Shown one piece after another: positions 32,404-45,793 of a stretch of 64,000 nt of DNA (positions within the stretch are counted from its first letter, which is position 1; every line of letters begins with the position of its first letter). A program made the translations under genes and the position numbers. This DNA is from Octopus vulgaris (Eukaryota): positions 98,952,001-99,016,000 of the forward strand of contig OX597815.1 of assembly GCA_951406725.2 (NCBI GenBank). Direction: 5' to 3'. The notes under the pieces were generated by a model, which saw only the letters and a list, made by a program, of their open reading frames with translations, did no database searches and was not told the origin of the DNA.

Positions 32404-33190
32404 ATACACACACATATATATATATATATGTTTATATACGTACACAGGCTTATAGCGTCTCTAGTCCAACATGGCCGTTTGATTTCTTGTACATGCGTTT
32501 TATAGGAAATAACGGTATAGGTGTGAACAAATATGTTTACGCGTGTGCGTATGTAAACATATATATGTTTATAAATACTGGTAGGAACACACCGACACAT
32601 ATACAAATGTATATCTGTATATATATGTATGTATATATGTATGTAGTAGGTAGGTAGGTATGTATGTATCCATACGTACATGTTTGTGTGTGTGTGCGTG
32701 TATGTGTGTGTGTGTTTGTACGTATACATGTAGGCATATACTATTCTGTTCATTCTCATATATAAGCCAGTACTGTATCTTATACGTAGGTGTACTGACA
32801 GTATTAAAGATGTTATAACGTCCATCCACATATGATTTAAACATATGAAAAATACGTAATAGAAATAGACAGAGCAAGAATTAGAGGGATGCAGGTATAA
32901 GAGAGAAAGAGAGAATGACATACTCAAAATCAGTCAATGGAAGAGAGGGAGAGAGAGAGAGGGAGAAAGAAAGGGAGAGAGATATTATGCAAAGACTTAT
33001 CTGTCATTTTTAAGATAATAAAAATGGAAAAGATAAAAGTGGTTTTGATCTGAAACAAAGAGTGAACGTGCGTCCAAGGAAAACAAAGAGTTTTATTGGT
33101 CATAGCGATAACAGTGAGAGAGGAGGAGGGAAGAAAAGTAGGTGCAAGGAAAGTGGTGTGAGGGAGTGGAAAGTGGGAATCTAAGAGACA

Positions 33191-33227
<37 letters not shown>

Positions 33228-33369
33228 GTTCTTTTGTACTGTATTTTGTGTCCAATCTTCACGAACAAGTTTATGTAGAAGCATTGTCCTGATACACACA
33301 TTTATATGTGCGCTTCTGTCTGTGCGTGCATTTATGAACACACAAATACATGAGTACATACATAAATGC

Positions 33370-33462
<93 letters not shown>

Positions 33463-34391
33463 TGTGTGAATGGGTCAGAACATTTTGATTCAAATTCGTT
33501 GGTACTCTTGAGTTTCAAGCGTAATGCTAGTCGTCATCCATTTTGAATTTGAATGACAGAAGTCGATTGTTATTACTGTACGGTGGGCTGCGATTGGTCG
33601 AGGGAGGTCACGCGGTGTCGTAGTTTGATGTTGGTATATGGGTAAAAGTTAGTTGGAAAATACCACATGGTGAACAGGAAAGTGACACAACGTGGAGGAC
33701 AGGACAAAAGACCACGTGGCGCTTAGAAATCGATCAGTTTGTTGGGGGGAGTCAGAAGGTGCGGCATGTGCAAGTATATAGCTCTATATGTGGGTGTGTA
33801 GACGAGCTCTTGCGTGCATGTGTATATTGAAGCGTGTGTGAGCATCTGTACACGGGCACGCACGCACACGTCTACCCACACACACAGAAGTTTAGATGAA
33901 TACGCGCACACATACACAAGCATATGCACACATACTCATATACACATACATATGCGTATTCATTCATATGTACATATGTATATTCACATGCATGTACGCA
34001 TGCATACGACTGTGTGCGTGCACATGTGCATATGTCCACGCACAAAACAAGCCTTGGGGATTGGTAAGCGTTGAAGATTGATAAACGGTGGAATTGGTTA
34101 GCGTTGGGAACTGGTATGAGTTGGTCGTTGGTAAACGTTGAGGATTGGTAAATGGGGTCCTGCTCATGGAGTTGGTTGGTAGCGGGGACCATGGTGCAGG
34201 CGTTGCAGAATAGGAGCTAGTGCTAAGGTGATATATCCGGTTCGTTGGCAGTCAGAGTCCTGAAATTTGCCAGGTGGCCATATCTCTGGTGGTGGCAATA
34301 CGATAAATCGTATTTCTTATTGATGGATACTGTGGGTTGTTGGAGGATATGCAGTTGTTCGCAGAGGCAGAGCTGGCAGGTGGGCGCGATG

Positions 34392-34462
<71 letters not shown>

Positions 34463-34721
34463 GTGTGTGTGTTTGTGTTGTGTGTATAAAAATTATCTGT
34501 AGAAGATGAAAATTTCTGTTGTCAGTACTTTATATCCTAAAACGAAATCGCACTTACAGTGATTTATAAGACTTGGATGTGATACATGTTTATATTAGAA
34601 AATTCAAATATAAAATAAGAGATAATAAAAAAAACATGATAAAAATAATGAGATATAAAATGTAAATGATGTAAGATATAGAAACATGAAAATCGTGTAT
34701 ACGAGTGTAGATACGTGTGTG

Positions 34722-35640
34722 TATACTAAACTTGGACTGAGCATCAACATCAAGAAGACTCACTTACTCTACCAACCTCCTCCCAATGCCCGTTTTGACA
34801 ACCCGCCATCGATTCAACTCGAAGGAATTCCACTGGAAAATGTGAACCATTTCTGCTACCTTGGGAGCCATCTGTCAGCAAAGGTAGACCTCAGCGATGA
34901 AATCCAACACCGTCTGAAGTGTGCAGGAACAGCTTTCGGCAAGCTTCGAACAAGAGTTTTTGCTGATCGGGACATCCGAACCGAAACCAAACTCATGGTG
35001 TACAGGGCAGTCATTATTCCAGCCCTCCTTTACGCATCCGAAACCTGGTCCCCGTATAGTCACCACCTGAAAACGCTCGAGAAATTTCACCAACGCTGTC
35101 TTCGGAAGATCCTTAACATCAGCTGGGAAGACAGAAGAACTAATGTCAGCGTGCTACAAGAAGCAAAATTGACCAGCATCGAAGCCTATGTCATCAAAGG
35201 CCAACTAAGATGGAGCGGCCACGTGGTTAGAATGACAGACGAACGACTTCCCAAACAGATCTTCTACTCCTAACTCAAAGACGGTAGGCGTACAAAAGGA
35301 GGCCAGAGGAAACGCTACAAGGACTACCTGAAAACGAACCTCAAAAAGTGTGACATCGACTTCACTAACTGGGAGTAAACGGCAAAAAACAGACCACTCT
35401 GGAAAACCATCATCCGTGAGGGAATGGCGACTTTCGAGTCGAAAAGGTCTGCAGAGCTGGAGGAGAAAAGACGACGACAGAAGGAGCGCCAACAACAACC
35501 ACGTGCGACTCTCCCTTCCGGCACTAGATGTCCGCACTGCGACCGATCTTTTCAAGCAAGAATTGGTCTTATCGGTCACATACGGACTCACCAGTAAATT
35601 TGCGCGAAGACCATCATCCTCGACCTTGAGGGATTGCCAT
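34722..35640 (+). mobile_element. RTE-clade LINE, 5'-truncated (end of RT plus C-terminal C2H2 finger)
   Basis: GLSINIKKT, FCYLGS, LLYASETW, FHQRCLRKIL, LRWSGHVVRM..RLPKQIFY, GGQRKRYKD and CPHCDRSFQARIGLIGHIRTHQ*. One frame throughout, with in-frame stops at 35271 and 35376. Confidence 0.93.
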
Positions 35641-35780
35641 CGTTGGGAGAATAAATTAGAGTTCAGAAAATACGAGATATCGGGAAAGTAAAAGTTAGTT
35701 AAGACAAAAATCAGTTATAACCTACGGCCGTTTCAGAAAATATCAAGGGGATATAGGAACAGTCCGTATTCAGCTCCATC

Positions 35781-35794
35781 GATAGGTAGGTAGG

Positions 35795-35866
<72 letters not shown>

Positions 35867-35901
35867 GACAGACACACACACACACACACACAGAGAAAGA
35901 C

Positions 35902-35990
<89 letters not shown>
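35781..35990. repeat. (GATA)n-(CA)n-(GATA)n compound microsatellite
   Basis: Directly visible. Confidence 0.95.
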
Positions 35991-35992
<2 letters not shown>

Positions 35993-36049
35993 GTGAAATC
36001 CCATATTCTTCCTTGGACTTGATGTATTATATTCTGCAACTATGTTATC

Positions 36050-36175
36050 CGTGGAATTCCATTTCGTATAGAACAGTTTTCTAGAGGGACTGCCCTCTTC
36101 TATGCACTGTATTAACCAGTATTCGTAATGGTGCTGACTGAGAGAACTGCTCGGCATTTTTTGATCCACTTTAAT
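36050..36175 (-). mobile_element. Possible old RTE fragment
   Basis: [26 protein letters not shown] weakly parallels the RTE motif LSQRRLRWLGHV.RME.GR.PK.L.Y. Confidence 0.35.
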
Positions 36176-37150
36176 TTGATATATAAATAGATGTGTGCGT
36201 GCGTGCGTTAGTATATACATACATATATACATATATGTATATATATATATATACACACATAAATACACAAGCGTATACATATTGTCAAACATTATATTAT
36301 TTCTTCCAACGTACTGCTTGATTATATAAACATATTTGCGCTCTATTATTTATACTGAGTTTGATTTTTTTTCTTGACAAATAACTGATATGTAATATAA
36401 ATACGTGTGTATATGCGAGTATGTATGTACGTACTATACATGGTACGTATGAAGATAGAGGAGAAGAGAGAGAATGCGAATGAAAGGAACTTACAGTAGA
36501 GGAGTAGGAGTATCCTGCTAGATAGATAAATCGACTGACAGACAGATACATAGATTGAGTTGATGATGATGGACACATATTTATATATCAAAATATTTGC
36601 GAGAGAAAATGATAAATAGCCTTTCTACAAAGTAAAACAATTACAAATAATAGCGAAGAAACGTAAGAGAAATGAAATATGGGATATCGATAATTGCAAA
36701 CAGTAATATCATTGCCATTTTAGCTGGGTTCTTTGAAAGAATAGCTTCTAGATAATATATTTTCATTGTGATTTGAATGCATCAGAAAATGATCGGTTGT
36801 GAAGTCTGCCTTTTTCTCTAGATAGGTGATTATATATGTGATGACAACACAGCTAAACGGGAATTATTCTAAAATATACGTTTTTAGTTAGCAGTGTTGC
36901 CGCCAAAATACACTGGGAATTTAGATAATAGATGTGCTGAAATTGTTTATATTGTTATTCTTGTTTTTATTGTTGACGCTGTTGTTGTTGCTTATATTCT
37001 TGCTATCGGTGTTGTTCTTGTTGTCGTTGTTATGATTAACATTATTATAATCATCGTCGTCACCGTTATCATTCAAGCTTGTTCGGCTGGAGAAGCAAAA
37101 CAATGATTAGATTTTCTGAATGTAGAGTATAAATTATATATTTTCTATGA

Positions 37151-37277
37151 TTATTTATTTTGGTTGGCTGGCTGACTGGTTGGTTGGCTGGTTGGTTGGT
37201 TGGCTGGCTGGTTCGTTCGTTGGTTGGTCATTATGTGGTTGTTGCTGTTGTTGTTGTTGTGGTGGTGGTGGTGGTGG

Positions 37278-37308
<31 letters not shown>

Positions 37309-37362
37309 GGTTGGTAGTAATAGTCGTGTTATTGTTATTTTTGTTGGTGCTGGTGGTGGCGA
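37151..37362. repeat. (TTGG/CTGG)n, (TTG)n and (TGG)n low-complexity tract
   Basis: Directly visible. Confidence 0.9.
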
Positions 37363-37601
37363 TGAATAATGTAGAAACTATCATTTTACATTATCAGTAT
37401 ATTCTTCGGTTTTTGAACGAATCACAGACATCTCTATCTCCCTTTTCACTCTTCTCTCAATAATCTCTCGCCCTTTCTCTCTTGTCTAATTCATCCATGT
37501 TATATTATCTCTTTGCACCCTAGTCATATTCACACGCACACATATACACACACTCTCTTTGTCTTTATCTCTCTTTCTCTCTCTCTCTCTCTATCTCTCT
37601 T

Positions 37602-37642
<41 letters not shown>

Positions 37643-38399
37643 ACTGATACAACATATTGCTGAATTTTATTCTATAAATAAATGCAAAGTAACCCCCACC
37701 CCTTGAAAATATATTTGGCTTTTGGAAGATGCAGGAAAAAGGAACCCACAGTAACATGAAGTGTTTGTGTGAGGGCCAAATCATAAAATAATCGGAGTAG
37801 ACGTTGTTAATCATATGCGAGCGAAAAACTTGAGGTTAATGACTCTATTTGGTAGCGTCTTGACCATGTGAGAAAGCTTTTCGTCATAGTTCTATACATT
37901 GAAAATGAAGTTTTAGGCCATCTTGTAAGTTTCTATGTCTGCACAATTCGAATTACAAGCAGGGAAATGCAAAACTTGCAGCCAACCCGCGACCTCACTC
38001 GACATTTGACACGTAAAATCAGGTCATAATATTATCACTTTAATTAAACATTATTGCTCTTTCATCATTAGGGGATACATATTTTTGCTTGTACGTAGCA
38101 CAACAATTATTAACTTCTATACAAAACTTGCTCCCAAATCAATCAAAACTTTTAATTTTGCTTTTGCTAACAAGATAAAGTTGCATCCCCTTCAGAAATA
38201 TTTTTTAAGTGATGTGAGAGTAAGTTTACTGTTGCTAATTGTGCCACAAAAGTAGTCTGTAGAAGCTTGTGTTTACAACCAAATGATCAATTGGATACCG
38301 TTGTCCTATTGTAATATGCCCGATTCGCGTAATGATATTTGATCATTACATTCCTTTTTATAAAGAACATATTTGTTAATTCATTATAGGATATTTTCC

Positions 38400-38610
38400 T
38401 AAGGAGGAGAGCTGTCGGACAAACTGCTTAGTAGTATCTCGTCCTCTTTACATTCCAAGTTCGAATTTCCCTGAATTTTGAAAGGGTGCAACTTCATCCT
38501 TTCGAATTTCGATAAAACAAGTACCAGCTGAGCACTGTGGGCCGCGAAACCGACTGGTCCCACTTCACCCAAATTTCAGGCTTTGTGTCTGTATAGGAAA
38601 GGAATTTTTT
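38400..38610 (+). mobile_element. SINE family B copy
   Basis: gttcgaatt B-box-like motif, ttcatcctttcg..cgataaaacaagtaccagctgagcactg core, and ggctttgtgtctgtataggaaagg tail. Confidence 0.75.
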
Positions 38611-38696
38611 AAATTTCAGTTTTGTTATCGACCCTTCAAGATAAATTAATTGAAAGGCAATAATGTGAACTATATGCTGTAGAAAAATAACATAAA

Positions 38697-38915
38697 TTTC
38701 TTTCTACTATGGTCAAAAGGCCTGAAATTTCGGAGGGGGTGCAGTCGGTTACCTTGACCCTAGTGCTCAACAGGTACTATTTTGTTGACCCCCCTCCTCC
38801 AAGTGATGAACGGCAAAGTCGGCATCGGCGGAATTTGATTTTGGATAGTAAAGACGGACGAAACAACGCTAACCATTTTACTTAGTGTGCTAACGGTTCT
38901 GCCCATTTCATTGAC
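38697..38915 (-). mobile_element. SINE family B copy
   Basis: Reverse strand: tttctactat..aggcctgaaattt..gaccctagtgctcaacaggtact..ggcaaagtc..ggcggaatttga..gtgctaacggttctgcc. Confidence 0.8.
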
Positions 38916-41399
38916 TTAAAAAAATATCACACAATAATTTAACAAACAAATTCTTTAAACTAAGGAATGTAATAGTTTTTTTTTACTGGCACAATAACTG
39001 AGCATATTACAACAGTGTAATGATATCTGATTGATCTGTATTTAAACAGATCTTTTTATAAACTGCCAATTTGCCCCCAAATTAAATAAGAGTAGAATTC
39101 ATTAGCTCTTGTAACATGTGAGGAAACATCTATGAACTGATTGGATGGTCACGACTAGAATGCCTTTTGGACATATATAGGCCCCTAAATAGGAAAGTCA
39201 TAGCAACGAGAAAGTATGTAGATTTTTCTTCTTTATTTCATACCTTAATTTCTAACCTTTCGCTGTAACCAAAAAGATTTCATAAAAGAAAAATGATAAA
39301 TGAAATTTAAATAAAAAACTTTATTTTATGAACTTACGATTTTGCGATGCGATGTTCTCTTTTAAATTTTACATTTGCTTTTCGTTTAGCAAATACATTC
39401 CTTGAAATCTTTTCTGGAATGTTTAATTTCAATTCTTATTTATTCACTTCTTAAGATTGTGTTTATTAACTTGTTTATAACTTCCAAATTTCAGCAAATG
39501 GAAGTTCATGTCAAGAACAGGTTTCGTGTTCACACTCAATTCTCTAAAGGTACTGCGAAAAAAATTTAGAATTTAAGTATTTCATTGAACTTCTACATTT
39601 CAACTTTAGTCTGAAATATAAAAAAAATATATGTGTATTCTTGAATGTTTATACCGACATATGATTCAATATTCCACAATCACCTGCCATTCTCTCCTAC
39701 TCTTCATGCATCACAATCTTGACTTTCCTTCATTTTCTACTCTCTTCCATATTTGCTTTGGCTATTTCTTTCGCTTACATTTTTACCTTTCTTTTGTCTT
39801 AATTATTGATATTTTTCCTGCTCATTCATTCATTCATTCATTTATTTATTCATTCAATCATTCTTCGTCATTTTCTTCTTTTCTTTTTTTCTTGTGTGTG
39901 TGAGTTGGTGTGTGCATGCGCGTTCGGGGATGTCAGACCGTGTATTCCTTTACATGAACTCAACAGAAGGACTTTTTACTATGCTTTTCTGAACCGTTTT
40001 TCATGTTTGTTTGCGAGTGATATTTAGTGTAGAAGGAACCATAAATCTTGGTGTTTGCAGTAATACCATGCTCTGTCATTCACATAAGCAGACTGTTTTC
40101 ATTTTTAGCATATTATTTGCGTTACGTAGGACGTTAATCGGTATATCAGTCCTATTATTTTTGAGGACGCGAAGCGTGGCTATGATTTATATAATTGGTG
40201 AGGATGCGAAATGCGTTTCTTGCATTCGGATAATCCATGGTGGATTCATGAATTGTTTGTACATCAAATATTATTGTTTATTTTTGTTGCTTCAGTAATT
40301 ACATTTGTCGCCAGACTTCAGAAGAGGGCCAGGTAAAATTATTTACGGTTATTTAGTTACGGTCACTAAATTTTGAAGTTCATATTGAACCAAAATCGTA
40401 TTGGTTTTTCATTCATTTAATGATCGATTACGTAATCACTTCTCAACTACTATAGTTGATATAATTATTAGAGTCCTCACCTAAAACACATGCCCATGCT
40501 GGAAATTATTCACGTAAAACATTATAGGATAACATATCATAAATGAAATGCTTCCTATTTCAAGTATAATTATCAAAATACTAATTTGTGTTTTCTGTTT
40601 ATACAAAAATACAGCGTGATTTCATTTAAACATGATTTTTTTTAAATTTAGATAATTTTTGTAAATATTAGTTCAACATTTTCTTTTTTTTCTGAGGCTA
40701 TAATCAGTTTCATAAACTCAATTTTATCGTTTAACAATGTGAAAAATACTAATTAAGCAGTAATTATCATTTACTATATAACAAATAATAATCACAATTA
40801 ACTAAGTAATTATACAGTCAACTTATAAAACGTTGTTTACATTTTCTAAGCATTAGTATCAATATTACCGATAGAAATATGACTTGTGCTCCAGATCTGA
40901 GACATACTGGGATAAATGTAATAGAAAATCAGCCATTGTAATCCATAATTCTGCATCTTTCTGATCTTTCAACATCCACACATGTTTACACATACACACA
41001 CAACCCAGTCACTGTTATTACACTGATTTTAGCTTATCTCGTATCAGCGTTATTCGCGGAAGATTGACATATAACAGTTAGTAATTCCAATACCTCAACA
41101 TAGATTTACATTCAATATTTCTTTTCTTTCTCTTTTGTTTGTCATACATATGAATTCACATACACACACGCATGCACTCACACAGACGGTTTAGCAGACG
41201 GAAACTGAAAGAAGCCCATCGTATATATATATATATAAATTTAAAATGAGGGTGAGAAATTTGATATTCATTTAATTAACATCAATTTCACACCAGTGGT
41301 CTAGCATATAAAAATCTGAAGGTTCAGTAAAATTGTATATAATGTTTATAATATATATAAAATATATAATGTATATAATATATATAATATATAATATAC

Positions 41400-41435
<36 letters not shown>

Positions 41436-41439
<4 letters not shown>

Positions 41440-41650
41440 AGAAGGTTTGCAAATGTAATGGACGTCTCAAAAGTCATTTTAAGATCCACAAAGATCGTAA
41501 CCTAACTGCAGCCCTTGGTGGTTCAATTCGGATATGCAATCGAATGTGGGTGTCTTTTTAAAACATTGTCTGGTTTAAAAAGCAACATCATTCTATGATG
41601 GTTCTAAGGCGTAGGTATAGGATGTGCTCAAACCCTGCATACGGAGTAAA
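41436..41650 (+). mobile_element. LINE 3'-end fragment with degenerate C2H2 fingers
   Basis: Reads CQKVCKCNGRLKSHFKIH...CGCLFKTLSGLKS and starts directly after (TA)n. Confidence 0.5.
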
Positions 41651-41726
41651 CTTGTCCGGAATAGCACAACAATGCAGAGCTGACTATAATAACGGTTATA
41701 AATATTTTACTTATTTATAGTCTAGC

Positions 41727-41859
41727 ATTTCGGAATATAAAAATTCTTTCATCAGAGATTGCTAGAAAGTAATGGAGTCACTGTTATAGTCGGTTTTCTA
41801 TAACATTGACTCCATTACTTCCTAGCAATCTCTGAAGAAAGAATTTTATATTCCGAAAT
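41727..41859. repeat. Fold-back palindrome (about 62-bp arms) with an HHR-like core in each arm
   Basis: Arms 41727-41789 and 41798-41859. CTGAAGA..GAAA on + (41832-41858) and CTGATGA..GAAA on - (41755-41728). Confidence 0.85.
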
Positions 41860-42053
41860 ATTAATCCTCTACTGTCACGTTAAATTGACAGTATACAACC
41901 ATTCTACTGCCCCACCACCGTACATATCTCTATGAGCTATTTAAAAATTCAATATTTCTGATTTTGGTGATCAGTGAATAAATTTCACTGAAAATTAGAT
42001 ATATATATTTACGAAGTCGAGACAGATATCTGCAGCTGGTAGGCCTCTGCTAC

Positions 42054-42100
42054 TCTAGACCGATGATGGGCAAAGACCCTGAAACATGCGTGTCTCTAGA
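42054..42100 (+). ncRNA. Candidate minimal type I hammerhead ribozyme
   Basis: Stem I tctaga/tctaga; core CCGATGA (U4 to C); stem II ggg/ccc; GAAA; stem III ca-tgcg-tg; GUC triplet at 42092-42094. Confidence 0.6.
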
Positions 42101-42424
42101 TGCAGGCCTAGCTGTTGGGGGTATTTGTCTCCCCTTCGTAAATATATAAGGACACAGGAAATATGTCGAAGCCGACAGGAAGCGTCGATGCTTCCTAGGG
42201 CTAAACAGCGGTGTTACGTTAAATTGAGAGTATACAAACATTCTACCGCCCCACCACCGTATATATCTCTATGAGATATTTAGAAATTCAATATTTCAGA
42301 CTATAAATAATTCAGTTATTTATAATAATTACTGTAGTCCATTCTGCATTGTTGTGCCATTCCAGACACGTCACATTTCACAAACAATATACAATACTTC
42401 CAGCGAACTATAAATCTCTCTTAT

Positions 42425-42640
42425 ATATGTATGTGTGTCTGTGTTTGTCCACTCACCATCGCTTGAAAACAGATGTTGGTGTGTTTACGTCCACGTAAGT
42501 TAGTGGTTCGGCAAAAAGTGACCGATAGAATAAGCACTAGGCTTACCAAGAATAAGTTCTTGTGTCAATTTTTTCGCCTAAAGGTGGTGCTCCAGCATGG
42601 CTGTAGTCAAACGACTTAAACAAGTAAAAGAATAAAAGAA
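42425..42640 (+). mobile_element. SINE family A, 3' half
   Basis: catcgcttga, gttcggcaaaa, gatagaataagcactaggctta and ggtgctccagcatggc. Confidence 0.85.
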
Positions 42641-43079
42641 TATATATATAATTAAATAAGGGTAGAAATCGATATTAATCAATTAAAACCAGTGGTCTAG
42701 CATATTTTTAAAAAGTCCGAAGATTAAAAATTTTATACATACAAAATTTAGAGGAAAGACCACTAATAGTGGACAGCCTGTATGCTAGAAATAGACGTCA
42801 AACTCGCCATTTACCACGAAGAATGTGTTCTCAAGAAAAAATTCAGCAAAAAACCAAAGTTTAAAAATAAGCAAGACAAATGAAAATATACGAAATACAA
42901 AAACGATTACCTACGTACTAATTAGTTTCACTTGTCAATATTTATATATATGGATACGTAAACAACGGCAAGATCGTCAGCGTAGTCTGTCGTTTATGAG
43001 TTACAATTTCTAGAACTAGATACAGGGCGCTCAACCGAAATCCCGCATGTATAAACTCCACAAAGTATAATCTATAAAC

Positions 43080-43137
<58 letters not shown>

Positions 43138-43273
43138 TATATAGAGGGTACTATTATTCATAGGTACCGCACGCTAGGAGGGACTCGTGCAGTCAAAACT
43201 ACTAAAATAAACAAATTGTACCGAATGCAAAACTTCAAAGCAAGTCATTTAAAAAACAGAATTAAAAACAGAA

Positions 43274-43330
43274 TCGCACCTGTGATTTCGCAATCAATGC
43301 AGAATATGCATTCTATGCTCATCAGTGCAA
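43274..43330 (-). ncRNA. Degenerate hammerhead-like motif
   Basis: Minus strand reads ttgca CTGATGA gca...tgc GAAA tcacagg tgcga. Stems I and II pair, but the UH cleavage site is missing. Confidence 0.45.
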
Positions 43331-43642
43331 CAAACTCAAGACATATAAGAAAAAACACAACTTTAGAAACCCGACAGCCAACCGTAGAATTCGCCGCAGC
43401 ATGTACGAATGTTTATCTTTACATATCTATGAAAATGGCGGGCTTATTTGCAATGCATTTCGGTAACAAATTGCCTAGTCGGAACAAAACTCCAGTATTA
43501 AACTATTCCGGTGAAAAATATAAATTTAAAATTAAGGATAAAATCTTTATAAGAAATTATCAGTAGTTAGCGTGAAAATCGTCGTAAGAGAAAAAATCCG
43601 TAAATTTTTCCACTTTGAAAATATTTATTTGTATTTATTTGA

Positions 43643-43659
43643 ATATATATATATATATA

Positions 43660-43747
<88 letters not shown>

Positions 43748-43807
43748 ATATGCATGTATACATATATATGTATATATATATATATGCATGCATACAAATA
43801 TATATGT

Positions 43808-43852
<45 letters not shown>

Positions 43853-43860
43853 CATGCATA
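43643..43860. repeat. (TA)n-rich microsatellite
   Basis: Directly visible. Confidence 0.95.
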
Positions 43861-44484
43861 CATGTCATGTATGCATGTAAATGTGTGTTTGTGTGTTTGC
43901 GTGTGTGTAAGTTATGTTAGCATAAATACTAAGAGCTGTCATACAATAATGACTTGATACTAAGAGTAGAGTGAGATATATTTATACCGATAGCTCCCGA
44001 TACGTCTACAAGGGGGTCTCAAGACTAGATGATGATTCTCATCGGTAACTAAAGGACTGACTAAAATATATTATTAACATCGCTCTCATACACGCTCACA
44101 CGCACACACACACCCGCACACATAATTAGATGTTCTCATGAAGAATTACTATAAAATCAAATAACAAATGACTTTGCTCAAAGCTGGAAGTTTTCGTTAC
44201 AAAACTTGGCAAAACAAAAGACGGCCTTCTAATATACTCGTGAGGACTAAGATAACTAAGATGTGTATAAGAACAATGTTATGATATTAAAGTGGAAATA
44301 CTTAGATTAATCGGGTGTAATGAAATAAATCGATAAAATAATCGATAAAAATATTTGCTTACAGTGAAAGTAGATAAATAGCTACTGCATGAATGTTAAA
44401 AAAACCCGTCCATAGACCTCTAACCCCATCGAGATTATGAAGTAAAGAGTTATAATTTTGAGTTAGCAAATATATTTATATTTA

Positions 44485-44895
44485 TTAGTTGTTTCATTCA
44501 TTGACTGCTGCCAAGCTAAGTCACGGCTTTGAAGGGTGTAGTCGAACGAATCAAACCCCTTCTCCCGTAATTTTTATCTGAGGTTAGGTACGCATCCGAT
44601 CATTCTCCTTCGTCGAAACGGTATGTGGGTACGTAGACAATCGAATACCGGTTGTAATGGTTTGGTGGGAGACAAACACACAGACACACACAAGCACACA
44701 CACACATGCACACACACACATGCGTACACTTACACACATACACATACGACAAGATTCCACACAGTTTCTGTCCTCCAAATTCAGTGACAAGGAATATTGG
44801 TTGACCTTGGGCCATTCTAGATGTTACTTGCTTAAGGTGTCTCGCAGTGGGACTAAAACGGAAATACCGTGTTTGCAAAGCACACAGCCATACCT
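44485..44895 (-). mobile_element. Diverged SINE family A copy
   Basis: cgcagtgggact, cacacagccat, internal CA tract and tagtcgaacgaatc. Confidence 0.75.
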
Positions 44896-45004
44896 ATATT
44901 AAAATTCATTTTGTATGTTAATATATTAACAGAACCAAAAAAAAAACTTTCAGTTTCTAACGCGACAGACATAAGAAGAAAAATATATGAGTAACATTTG
45001 GTAT

Positions 45005-45368
45005 ACTCTTTTAGACTTTTACATGCTTCAGTCATTTGATTGCGGCGATGCTGGAGCACCGCCTTGAAGGGTTTTAGTCGAACAAATCGCCCCCAGGACT
45101 TGTTCTTTGTAAATCTGCTACTTATTTTATCGGGGGTCTTTTGCCGAACCGCTATCTTAAGAGGACATCAACACACCAGCATTGTTTGTCAAACGACGAT
45201 AGACGGAGAAACAAAGACACACACACATGAATATATACACATTTATATACGACGGGCTTCTTTCAGTTTCCGTATACCAATTCCACTCACAAGGCTTTGG
45301 TCGGCCCGAGGCTATAGTAGAAGACATTTGGCCCAAGGTGACATGCAGTGGCACTGAACCTGGAACAA
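45005..45368 (-). mobile_element. SINE family A copy
   Basis: atgctggagcaccgcc, ttttgccgaaccgct, cgacgggcttctttcagtttccgt and ggtcggcccgaggctatagtagaagaca. Confidence 0.88.
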
Positions 45369-45557
45369 TCTATACGAATATATTTCGATAAACGTAAGAA
45401 ATAAGTAAAAAAATTCAAGTATTCATTTTTTTTAAAAATTACAAGTGGAACTCGAATTACAAATTAGAAACTTATTTATGTGGATTCATGATGTCTTTGT
45501 TAAATCGCGTTACCGTTAAACATAATTAAAGATTAAATAATAGAAACCATAATTTAA

Positions 45558-45597
<40 letters not shown>

Positions 45598-45793
45598 GAC
45601 CTACAAAAAAATTGACGCATGCACAAACACAAACACACACAAACATATACATACATATCGATATCTTATTGTAAGCATTTTTTAGTTTTTGTTTTTATTT
45701 TATTCTGTTTCGGCTTCATTCCTTTCAGATGGCATAATCGGTGAGTTAACTTGAGATACACAAACGACGATGTAAACTTCATATTATTAAGGT

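Noticed and set aside
34055-34152. CRISPR-like array
   Set aside because: Eukaryotic context, no unique spacers between conserved repeats and no cas genes.
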